64,000 bases of DNA from Antedon mediterranea (lineage: Eukaryota > Animalia > Echinodermata): NCBI RefSeq assembly GCF_964355755.1, contig NC_092679.1:19141432-19205431 (forward strand), written 5' to 3'. Within the stretch, counting starts at the first letter, position 1. The number at the start of each line of letters is the position of its first letter. Positions 42,129 through 54,116 of the stretch are shown here, in pieces. The translations under genes and the position numbers were made by a program. The notes below the pieces were generated by a model. That model did no database searches and was not told the origin of the DNA. It saw only the letters and a list, made by a program, of their open reading frames with translations.

Positions 42129-45100
42129 TTTTTTTTTCCACTATTCTTATTAAATATGTCCATTTCTTTGCTTGCTCTTAAACAAGTGCTGCATTTGCAA
42201 AAAATATTTTTATATTAACTGAAGAGTAGAATGATTTATTGGGAGTTGGAATGCTGGATCAATTATTAGTAATTATAGGTTGATTTTTATAGGATTTGTT
42301 CTAGCATTTTAAAATGTCATCTAAGTGGTCAATTTTACTCTGTGTATAATATAACCAGAAAATTTAAGTTATTGAAAGACAATTATTATGTATTTATTAA
42401 GAACAAAGTAATTGAAACTAAATGCTAAACTAGATATAATTAGAAATTTAATGCAGGCTAATCATTATACAAAAACCCCTTCCCCCTCTTCACAAGCTTT
42501 GGATATATTCTCACAAACCACTTTACCCAAAAAATATTTTGGCACACATGACATTTCATAGGTCTGGTGGACTAACAACATATAAACAACAATGACTACA
42601 GATTTAGGGAAGCTGACCCAGTTAACATTACATACACTACCTATGCACATCATCGACCCACACATTTTTGATATTAACATTTCACCAAAACAACACTATT
42701 TTGTTGGTTCATCACATCTTATTCATTCGTATTTTAAGTAAAATGACTAAATAAGTCTTGGATAAAACTGTGACATATATCCAAGGACACACAGAGCTAT
42801 ATTGACAGTGACAATAAATATGTCACTAATATAGAAAAACTGTAATCTTTGGTGACAAATAAAATAGCATAGCAGATAAAATATGCAAATAAAACTGTTG
42901 CAAATATGGATAAAATGCACCTAGTTTTGTAGTCTAGGTACTAGAGCGATTAGTAAAAAAAAGACCCTTTATACAGAGATAGTATTCATTTAATTGTGTA
43001 CATTTATGGCATTAATTCTGCCGTAATTGCGTACAATAAACACATTTAGTAGAGACATTTGGGGAATTACTTTAAAATGTATTAAATTTGTACGAGGAAT
43101 TACCAATAAATTAAATAAAATCTATTAAAAATACTGTAGTAACATTTAGATAAACAGTTCATTTACAACAGTACATTTAATTTATATAGAATCCTTATTT
43201 GGTATTAATTCAAAAATTTTAAAAGATTTGAAAAAAATTGTTTATTCTATATATGGCACTGAGCTTCCTATATCCTGTCACTTGTTTTTTTTATCTTTCA
43301 ATTCCCTTAGTCTTCCACAGATATTCCTTAACTTCACTTCTCTCTGTCCTAGCAAATATTTTGTCTCCAATATTCCAGTTCAGTTTGTAATGATATATGT
43401 TTAAGTTTAAATTGCATTTATTACCTATAATTATTGTTTTAAAAATAAATTTAAGCAGGTTTTTTTTTTTAAGGATAGCAAAAAATATGGTGCGAACACA
43501 ATACTGTACATTGAGTACCCATTCCCTCCCCATCTAAACTTTCTGCAAATATTTCTCTTTCGTACGTAAATAATTTCAGCTCGTATTCAAGTTTTTGTTT
43601 TATGAACCAAAAAATGTTGGCATTATCTCCGCCTTCGTGTATGATATTTCAACGAATTGGCTTTAAGCTATGTTGTAGTGCTATTAGAGTTCGTTTTTAA
43701 TATACTTTTTTTTTTATTATGTGCTCGTAGATATGCCTGGTGCTTGGTGGATCAAAAATAAATTGAAAGTGTAAAATTAAAGCTAGCATGCCATACTAAT
43801 CAAGGATGAAATTATAAATCCCCCAAAAATATTTTGCTAAATAGTATTTTTTAATAATATTTATGAAACGTATAGATGAAGAAAAACTTTTAGTCGAGTA
43901 CTTTTAATTAATGTTATTATAGTCGTAATGTCTAAGTAAGTGATACATTTGATAGATGAATTATTTTATTTGTTTGGTAAAAATAATAATTTCAATAATA
44001 TTGCATAAAATGAGTTTTTTTCTTCGTAATTATACTAAAAATGGAATTTGTATCAAATATACTTGGCTAATTTTTTTAAGGTATTTTTGTTGTATAATTG
44101 TTTTATAATTTAAATTTACTTGTAAAACAAAGATAGACAGGTATTCATTAATAATTTATGGGAATTATGAACGATGTTCATAAAAAAAAACTTTCCTAGG
44201 TAATGTAGTGTACAGTCGTAGATCTAGATACATTTCTTTTTATTTGTTTTATATAATAATTGTACAAATTTGTTTGTCGTAGAATTCCCGTTCTATCTGA
44301 AAAATGCTTGTATAAGTTGTAATTATAATTTTAATGCTAATTAGCATTGTTTAATCAAACTAATTGGTTAAAAAAACAATATTTTGATATGGTAATGTTT
44401 AAATGTTGTATGGAAGAGTTATTTTGTTATAACAATGTTGTTACTGCTCGATACCGAAGAGTATTGGCTTTTATCTTTGCAATTTTGGTCCACTAGATGG
44501 TGTTTTGTTTTGTTTTTTTTTTATTATTTTTTCAACGTAACTGTTAATTTTACAATTTGAGTTTAATCTCATGGATTGTACAGTAAACACAAAACACTGT
44601 ATATAATGTTTTGTTTCATTTATTGATATTCCTGTTGTTTTTAAATTTAAATACAGGGTGAAGTTTTGATGATGAACGTAAAATACCATCAACAATGGAA
44701 TAAATCTGAAACTCTTCACACCTTATAAATAATTTAATAGGGAGCTTTCGATTTCGACTTAAGCTCTGCCCAAATATGGTAGTGATATGCTCAAATATGG
44801 TAGTGATGTGTTAACGTTATCATGTCTATACAGGTCTTGTCTTTTGAAAATCATACGTCATGCGTAGGCCCTATAGGTCGGAAATCAAAAACTCCTTATT
44901 GGTATGATTTCTCGAAGTGGGTGGGAGAGGGGACAATGTGGTGCAGTCAGGGTCACAAAGTACAATACAGTGTTCATCCTTTTTACTTTTAATAACTCAA
45001 TCTCTTTGCAAAGATAACGTAACTTATAATTTAAATACTATACAGTACAGTAATACATTTAGCCAATTATTATGAATTGGAATGCTATTCAAATAGGTTT

Positions 45101-45424
45101 ACTCTTTCAAGCCTAACCCAGGGATATGTAAAACTAATTACAACTCCCTTCATATCATAACCTACCCTTAAAATTTTGTCTAGCCAAAGGCTTATTACAT
45201 AACATTTTAAGGTAGTTTTTTTCTCTGGTTTACTTTAAATTTTATGAATGTTACATTATTTGGGATGATGAATAGTTATTGTGATGGTTCTCTATACCAT
45301 CATGAATATTCATTACCCCTACATCAAGTGCAATGGTGCGCGACAGAACATAAGCCTGTTTTACTCAGACGACAGACTCCATGCTGAAGTGGGGTGAGTT
45401 TCAACCCTTTTCGATTTATCTGTA

Positions 45425-45539
45425 GGCCCGCTCAGGCCTAATTATTTAGCCAGGTAAGTTGGTTTCCTACCAACCAAAATTAGTGGTAACTGCCCTAAGA
45501 CAAACCTACCTGGCTGAATAACTAAGCCTGATAGGGCCC
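45425..45539. mobile_element. Short palindromic MITE
   Basis: GGCCCGCTCAGGCCTAATTATTTAGCCAGGTAAG ... CCTACCTGGCTGAATAACTAAGCCTGATAGGGCC inverted arms. Confidence 0.55.
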
Positions 45540-45887
45540 TGTAAAGTGAGAAATGTATACAGCTGAAATGTGACATGTGTTTGTTATAATCAGTACAGTA
45601 TGTACAAACAGTTGAAACACAATACTATGACCACTACATTTGGTCTTTACAATGAGGTACTGTAACTATGGACAACTTTGAGGGCAGCACACTTAAACAT
45701 TTATTTGTGCTCGTTGATTTTTTTTTAAAAAGGAAACGTGATATAATTAGATTTCACCTTGCTGGTTTAATTCCCACTTCTAAGTATAACGCACATTGTC
45801 CAATCAGATCATTGAGTTTTAGCTGGAATGTCTTTTAATAGTTTGTTTCGCAAATTATTAACTAAAATTTATTCAAAATCTATTGCA

Positions 45888-48800
45888 CTAGTTTGATTGG
45901 TTATCTTTGTCCCATTCATTTTGTAAATCGGATGATATTTCTGTAAATAATCGATCCCAATCCCACGGCCTGTCTTCCTCTTTCACCTCCGACTCTGCTG
46001 ACAATACTTTAGACAGTAACTTTAAGTCTATTTCATTATCCTATTGACGAAAAAGTGAAATAAATATGTAAATCATGTAATCTTTAAATAAATTTAAGAT
46101 TTAAGCCAACATCTGAAGTTTTAAAAAGGGGAGGTACTTTTTTTAAGGTCAAAAGCGCCCTCTATCTATTTTCTAGACTTAAGGAGTGCAGTGTATGATG
46201 GTGTGGTGGCTATGTGAGGGAAATCACCCAAAAAAAATACAAAATAATCCGGAAGAAAATGTGAAAAAACAGGAGAACAATGTTAGGTCGGCAGACGAGT
46301 CTAAAATATATGAGTCTTCCAGCCAAAATATGAGTGTTGGCATGTATGGATTACTTTAGCATGTAGTAATAATGCCGAATTATAAGTCAGGCTGTGTCCA
46401 AGTGTAGACATCTAGTTTGTGTGCACCTTAAGGGAACCCAGTAGTTATTTGGATTATTTGTCAAGATTTGGTAGTTTTTTACCGATTAGTTTCCTTTTTC
46501 ACCTTAATCATTTTAGTGGATATATGTGCACTTATTTTTATCAATGTATTTTGTCACTACATCGAACACTATGCTCTATGCTTACTAGAGTTAAAAGTTG
46601 TGAGTGTTTTTGAAGGTCGTCATCAAGTTCACGGTACGTAGCTACTCTATTGACTTGAACACTAGGGGGCGCTGCAATCTGCGTGGCCATGTCTTCCTCC
46701 TGAACGTCATCTAGATCTGGTATTACAGGCATATCTATATAAAATTGATACAATACATAGTTTTTATATTAAATTTTAGAAGCCATTCTTTATCTAGCCA
46801 AGTATACAGTATACAGTATATATTTCTGTATCACAAATGTAAAATTAAAACTTAAGCAACAGTTGTGTTTCTTACCGTCATCAGAGTCCTCTTGTTTAGA
46901 TGGACTCATTGTTGAATTTTTAAATTTTGAACTATAAAAAAAAAGAAACCATTTTATTTAAAGATGTATTTTTTTCCAAAACAACAATTATTAACAGCAA
47001 CATTAATTATTAACAAAATAAACAGTTAAATTTAACCAAAAACCCATCAGAATGTTCGATATCGCTAGCTAAAAATAGTCCCAAAACAATTTTGTGTTTT
47101 TGCTTTTAGTTTTTAATTTAGAAATTGTCACCATCTAAAGTTTTTCCCAGATCACAAACATTCAAGTGAAAGAAAGTGTACCGTTAAAAAGCAAGAGTTT
47201 TGAAAGAAGAAAACAATACATAAAATCTTCAGAATATAAACACTTGTAAATACAGTAGCTTAGTAAAACACAAAAGAAGTGCAAATATGCAAGTAAAGTA
47301 TAGTTAATCATGATCACAGTACACCATGTGAACAACTGCTCATGAGTGAAAATATATAGGTGAATACTAATCTACTCCAAAGCACTGGTAATCCCTGTAA
47401 AAATACTGATGAGTAGCAACACCCCCATTCCTTGTTTATTAAAAAATATGATTTTATATCGTTTTTATTTTGCCAAATTTATTAAACCATATATGAAAAG
47501 GAACCATTAAACAACTGTGTGTGAACAAAAAGTAAAACAGAAAGACATTAGACTTAAAACAGAACTGCACTAAACTCACTTACTCTTCAAAACTTTCTAT
47601 CTCTCCACCCCTGTTGGTCAAAAATAATATTAAATTGGAGACAAAAATTGCTTTTTATTTAATATGTACTGTATATTGTATTCATGACTCTTTTGGCCTT
47701 ATAAATTCTGGATCAATTAAAAATAACTACACATTAAAATAGTACAGTACATAGTACAAAAACATGTTCTTTGCCTAAAAACAATACAATATACAAAAGC
47801 AATGAAATAATCTGTAAAGTGAATTTGGACAAATAATTTTATCAATTTCAAACATTTTTTAAATAACAAATCTATAAATGTACTTTTATGTGTGAACTAG
47901 CACTAAGACCAGACATATGTAAAGCAATACCATTCTACATATTGTCATTTGTTTATTGTAATGTAAAGCTCTGTCTACACTATCAAACTTTATGTGGTAA
48001 AAAAATGTGATGTGCCCATATGGACATGATGATGTCATATTACTACCATATTTGGGCACATCACACTTTTGTGAAACTAGTTTGATAGTGTAGACAGAGC
48101 TTAAGATTTATAGTCCAGATTATTCAGTTTGCATATCTCTTTTTTGGTCTGTCTGCATTGGTAAGTCAGGCTGTTAGTCCATCCAGTAATCAAACAATTG
48201 CATTTGAAACTCTTAGTCTTACCATTAAATAATACAATGCTATATTAAATATATAATTTAAAAATATTTTTATTTTTATCATTTCTTTTCTGAACTTTCA
48301 GAAGTGTAAGAATAGCCACATGTAACAAGACAACTATTGAAACTGATTTGCATAAATTACCATACAGGTGTCACATTGATTTAACTACATTAACTTACAC
48401 TTGTTCCCTTGCTTCATCCTCTGATCTACTACAGCATTATTGTACAAAAAATTAAAATTAGTCATATTTGAAATTAAAATTGTAAAAAAGAAGATAATCA
48501 CATTAAAGTAATAATAATATTATACCTGGTGTATTAACTTTATTTTTTTAATTTTTTGATAAAAAATAAATAAAAGCGATACACCCACCTTTTCGGTTTT
48601 GAAGTCTCATCCGCCCATCCTCCTTGTCTTCTCGTTGGTTTTGGTGGTCCTGCGGGTGACTGAGGAGAAATGAAACCACAATAAAATTCGCCATTCTTTC
48701 AGGGGTCATTACATTGAAGGAAGGGGAGGGATCCTACTGATTCAGACTAATTATTTGTATATACTTGTTGTAAGATGGGTTGATGTTAATAATACAGAAT

Positions 48801-49433
48801 GAAAAATTACCTTTCTATCGGTTCCATTTGTTTGTTCATCACCATTGACAATGTCTCCATTTGGTTTTGCATCATCTTCATGATCAGTTGGATTATGTTG
48901 TCTGGCTCGTCGTCCTCCTTTGGCATGCTGGAAGAAAACAAAAAATTGAAATTAAATGCCATTTATATAAATTATAATTATATTCATCATGACATGGTCA
49001 AATAATTCATAAAATATTGTATTCTTTCTAGGGTAGGGGTAGGCCTAGCCTATATAATTATAGTATATTATATTTATCCGATCGTATTTTTTTAAGAATA
49101 ATACATGATTAATTTATATAGGCCTATATATATAATAAGCTTATATATATAATAAGCTACAATCGATAAGGTAATTCAAGGTAATAGTTAATACCCTAAT
49201 CCTACCCCCTTTTTTTAGGCTAACCCCGAAACCAGCCGGGGACAACCGTACGGTGCCGGCCATACAACCAGCACACAACCAAACAGGCCTAGCAAGAGAT
49301 AGTAGATAGAGGGCCTAGCATTTAAACAAAAGATTCGCAAAGATAAATCCTCACGATCTAAATTTTATTTATTTCAATAATTTCTTTAATTTACCCGTTT
49401 CTTTGACTGAAATGTTAAATCTTCCTCGTCCAT
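45888..49433 (-). CDS. IFT43: Intraflagellar transport protein 43 (IFT-A)
   Basis: Exons 49433-49395, 48927-48811 (AKGGRRARQ), 48659-48589 (RRQGGWADE), micro-exons 48428-48399 and 47610-47584, 46931-46876, 46734-46586 ([41 protein letters not shown]), 46040-45888 ([11 protein letters not shown]...[12 protein letters not shown]). Matches the IFT43 family; the micro-exons are less certain. Confidence 0.93.
47967..48101. mobile_element. MITE family A copy
   Basis: Perfect TIRs, TAA target-site duplication. Confidence 0.9.
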
Positions 49434-49688
49434 TGTGTACGCAGTAAAAACGATACAATTTGCCGACGAAACGACCGCTAAATTTATAAGAAACAAAATT
49501 TATGAAGGAATGTTTACCTGGCTCTCTACAACGACTAGTGATTACACGAGTGATGTTATTGGTTAATATATTGGATAAAAATACTACTTAACCAATCAAC
49601 GAGCTTTACTCATAAGCTGTTTGGAAATGGCTCTGGCAAGTCAGGTGACCACACTGTATTTACAACACGAGAAAACAACACAAAGACG
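49434..49688. promoter_or_regulatory. Bidirectional promoter IFT43 / ARSA
   Basis: 255 bp between ATGs. Contains TGTTTAC (49511), CCAAT/ATTGG boxes and GTCAGGTGAC (49640-49649). Confidence 0.65.
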
Positions 49689-52600
49689 ATGACTGGGTTT
49701 TCTGTGTTATTGCTGGTTTTTACAGTTATTTCTTCATTTTTCTGCAATTCATATGCGCAGAGAAAACCAAACATAGTTATTCTATTTGCTGATGACCTTG
49801 GCTATGGTGATTTAGAAGTTTACGGCCACCCAACTTCATCAACACCCAACATCAATATTCTAGCAGAAAATGGTCTCCGATTTACTCAGTTTTATTCTGC
49901 TAGTCCAGTATGCAGCCCATCCAGGTCGCTATCCTTTGATTTTGATAGGCCTACACATGTTTGCATTATTAACTTAGATAACTTAAACTTAGACAAATTA
50001 TTTCAAGGCTTAATTTCATTTTTTTCTAAATAAAAAAGACTAGTAGTAATAATAGTACTAGTATCCTATCTTCTAGTTAGGCCATGGTCCTGTCACGATA
50101 AATATGGTCCGGGGCCAAAATCGGTCCGGCCGGACCAGTTTTGGCTCTAAAATTGTGGCCAAAAGCAGTCCGCCACTGCCAAAATCGGTCCGGGTTTTTC
50201 TTCTGTCGATTTTAATTGAATTACTAGGCCTATGATGCTGTTTTAAGTTGTTTATGGCTAGAAAAATATCCCATGATATATATTAGTAAGTTATCTTGTC
50301 GGATAAATACTATAAATAAATGTATTTTATCTAAAAACATGACTTAGGTGTTCACTCATATTTCGGCCTGCCACACACTCACACGAACGGGTATGAGACG
50401 CTGATATTGCCAGCTAGATTTTATTTATGATTGAGGCCTTTTTCCTTCCTCAGCCTAATCAATATTGGATAATTGTTTTATAATAATTGTATTGAATTGA
50501 TATATTGATTGATTAACCATAAATAATTAATAAATTAAATTGTTTTTAACATCATGGGGAAACAAAGATGTTAAAAAAGAACAAAATGGATTAAAAACAG
50601 GCAGATACATATTGTATACAAAAGCCTAACAATTAGTACTAATTATTGATGAGTTACTACTAATAATAATTAAAAAAACAGGCTTAATTTATAATATTAA
50701 AATAACAAATAAAACCCTGTAGTTTTCAATATAATGACTAATCATGGCATTTTTTTAATGATATATACATTATGACTCATTTTGCGCACCATATATTTGT
50801 AAGACCGGACCATATTTGGCGGCCAAAAACAGTCCTACTGCCCGGACCGATTTTATCCAGGCCGGACCAGTTTTGGCGGCCAAAATTGGTCCGGCCGGAC
50901 ACGTTTTGGCAGCCATAAATGGTCCCCCGGACTGATTTTGGCCCGGACTGATTTTGGTGTGACAGTCCCATGGAGGTTAGGCAATCAAATCCTTTTATTT
51001 AATTCTTGCTTGTGTAAAAAATCGTCCTCTGGATGAAATGTGAAGTACTGTATTACCTTTTTTTGAAAGTCTTTAAATTAAATTGTTTGAATTATGTATT
51101 GTTTCATCACAAATGATTCAGGAAGAACTATGCACTATAGTATTGTCAAAGAATAGCTATTTCAAATATGTTTAATAACTTATTACTTTACTCATCAGAG
51201 CTGCCCTTTTGACTGGACGATATCAAACAAGATCTGGCATATGGCCTGGGGTTTTAATCCCCGGAAATAAAGGTGGTCTACCACTCAACGAGACTACGAT
51301 TGCAGAAGTTCTTAAACAAGAGGGCTACAAGACCGCAATGATTGGCAAGTGGCATCTTGGAGTTGGGAAAGCAGGCATGTACTTGCCGACAAATCAAGGA
51401 TTCGACGAGTACATGGGTATTCCTTATTCGCATGATATGTGTCCATGCCTCAAATGTTTCTATCCGGGAGATAAATGCTTTAACACATGTGACCTGCAAT
51501 TTACCGGCTGCCCACTCTATAACGGCACTACGATCATAGATCAACCGGTAGATCTTCTCGGTTTAGTTGAACGATACGTCGACAGAGCAAAAAACTATAT
51601 TGAAACTAACGCTAAATCTGGAAGTCCATTCCTGCTGTATTTTGCGTTTCAACACACCCATCATCCACAGTTTGCTGGTAAAAGTTTTCGAAATTCTACA
51701 CTCCGTGGAACTTTTGGCGATTCATTAGCAGAACTTGATTGGGCAGTTGGACAAGTCATGGACCAATTAACGAAGAGTGGATTATCTGAAAATACATTTG
51801 TTTTCTTTACTTCAGACAACGGGTACGCATTTGATTGAGAGTATAAAAGTTGCATATTATAGGCCTTTATTTTTTCCCCTCCAATTAAGGGTTTTCGTGA
51901 TTATAATAAAACGACTATAAATCTTTTTTTTTTCAGGCCTAGCTTAAGAAACCAAAATAGAGGGGGCAATGCAGGGTTACTTAAGTGTGGAAAAGGAACA
52001 TCTTATGAGGGAGGACAACGAGTTCCGGCAATTGCGCATTGGCCAGGAAGAATTGCACCAGGAAGAACGACCGAGCTAGGCAGTACATTAGATCTTCTTC
52101 CAACTATTTGCAAGATTACGGGTGCTTCTCTACCGAAAGCTACCATTGATGGAGTTGACATGTCGCCTATCATATTCAACGGAACGAAGGTGAGTCAGGG
52201 TTCCAACGGTGTCCGGTTTAGAGAAGGTTGACTAAAGCCTAGTAAAATAGTCTGCACTACAGTAGCAAACTTTACAACATTTTTCTTGCAAACTTTGGAG
52301 TTTTACTTTTCTTAAATTTGCAAACTAAAGTTAGTGTACTAGAACTAGTGTAGACTTCTGCAAACTTCTGCAGTTTAAAAAATATTTCTTACTAACTTTT
52401 GCAAACTTTTCTTTCCAAACTTGGGAGTTTATAAGCAAAAGTTTTCCAGTGTAAACTAAGCTTAATATTTGTTTACTTTTACCACCAGGGTGTACGTGAA
52501 TCATTCTACTATTATTTTACCGAACCGAATCCTAAATATGGATTGTATGCTGTGCGGAACCGGCAATTCAAAGCACATTATTACACCGAAGGACAGATAA

Positions 52601-52932
52601 ATTCTGATCCAGATAATCACGATCCTGATTGCCGACCAACGAGCAAGCGTACCGCTCGCGACCCACCGCTATTATATGATCTTTTACAAGATCCTTCAGA
52701 GCAGTTTAACCTGAACAATGTTACAGAGTATCAAAGCATTATAGCAGAGCTAAATGAATTGAAGGCGTCATTTGAGAAAGGCATGGTGTGGGGAACATCG
52801 CAGATCACAAGAGATGTTGACCCAAATTTAGAACCATGCTGTAACCCAGGTTGTAAACCATTCCCTATATGTTGTATGTGCCACCAGAAATATCATTCGC
52901 ATTACTATAAAAATAGTAACATGTATCCATAA
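49689..52932 (+). CDS. ARSA: Arylsulfatase A-like lysosomal sulfatase
   Basis: Exons 49689-49924, 51199-51822, 51937-52189, 52489-52932. Signal peptide, [16 protein letters not shown], formylglycine motif [12 protein letters not shown] split by intron 1, [34 protein letters not shown] and the Cys-rich tail [17 protein letters not shown] typical of ARSA. Confidence 0.92.
50091..50964. mobile_element. Ginger-like non-autonomous DNA transposon in ARSA intron 1
   Basis: TGTCAC ... GTGACA termini, 4-bp TSD GTCC (50087-50090, 50965-50968), subterminal GGTCCGG/CCGGACC and GCCAAAA repeats in inverted orientation. Confidence 0.75.
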
Positions 52933-52957
52933 GTGTTTTGTTTGCATAACATTAACA

Positions 52958-53300
52958 AGAAATGTTTTTGTACAGTTTTAAACTGTTTTTGTTTTTATCA
53001 TGGAATTAGCTACAAGTGTCCACATTTTACGTTAATATCCAGCATTCCACTTTTTTCCAACATGAATTTATAAAATACCTATACAAATTAATACAATCCA
53101 TGAATGTTAAAATCAAGAAAGTATCGCATCAGAAATGTTTTTGTACAGTTTTAAACTGGTTTTTTTTTATCATGGAATTAGTTACAAGTGTCCTACATTT
53201 TACGTTAATATCCAGCATTCCACTTTTTTCCCACATGAATTGATAAAATACCTATAAAAATGAATACAATTCCATAAATGTTAAAATCAGGAAGTTATTG
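52958..53300. repeat. 173-bp tandem duplication in the ARSA 3' UTR
   Basis: AGAAATGTTTTTGTACAGTTTTAAACTG at 52958 and 53131 with near-identical continuation. Confidence 0.85.
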
Positions 53301-54116
53301 CATAAGCAGTTAAATTTAGAATTATGGACAAATTTAAATACATTCCAATATTTTTATACTTTTGATTTGATAGTTATATATTGAATTTGAAAAATATAAC
53401 AAAATAAATGCAATGTCAGAGAAATATATTTGAGAGAATTTATTATAAAATTATTAATGCATGCTATGTTATGCTGGCTTTGTATGATCCAATAGTCAAT
53501 ATTATTGACACATAAAAATAATTAACTAAATTACACATTTACAACACTATACTGTAAAGTTCTGTCTACACTATCAAACTAGTTTGTCAAAAAAGGTGTG
53601 ATGTGCCCAAATATGTTGGTTAATTCCTAATATGGTAGTGATATGACACCATCTTTTCCATATATGGGCACATCACATTTTTTTAATAGTGTAGACAGGG
53701 CTTTAAAAGTTTTAAAATGCTGAAGAATTGAATGTCTAATTGACATGTTCATCTCCTTCTTGTATTGCAATTAGATCTATTGCAGTTTTCACAATATATT
53801 CTTTGTTTCCACAATGTAAGCCATTTGTTTTAATCACTACACTGTTAATTTTATGTTGCATGTCCAGTTTACTTCCAGCAAAGACAAGAACTCGATTATC
53901 TCCAAGCGTAATTCTATTACGCATCTGTCGTGTCTGTCCAAGGTTTAGTATTTTTCCACAAATCGACTGTAAAATAGTGGAGTATGAAGTAGGACTCCTG
54001 AAACCGATTCAGGATTTTGACAAATTAGGTGGTGCCGGACTGTCAACACACTCCCTCCTCCTCCTTCCTACACCGTTTCACCTCTTGGAATTCTTAATAA
54101 TAACATATTAATAGTT

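Noticed and set aside
53736-54116. Coding-looking stretch downstream of and in frame with the vasohibin stop (possible read-through), plus the 123-aa plus-strand ORF
   Set aside because: A further TAA and two TGA codons interrupt the frame, vasohibin already ends in the conserved YxIRI terminus, and no homology is recognisable.
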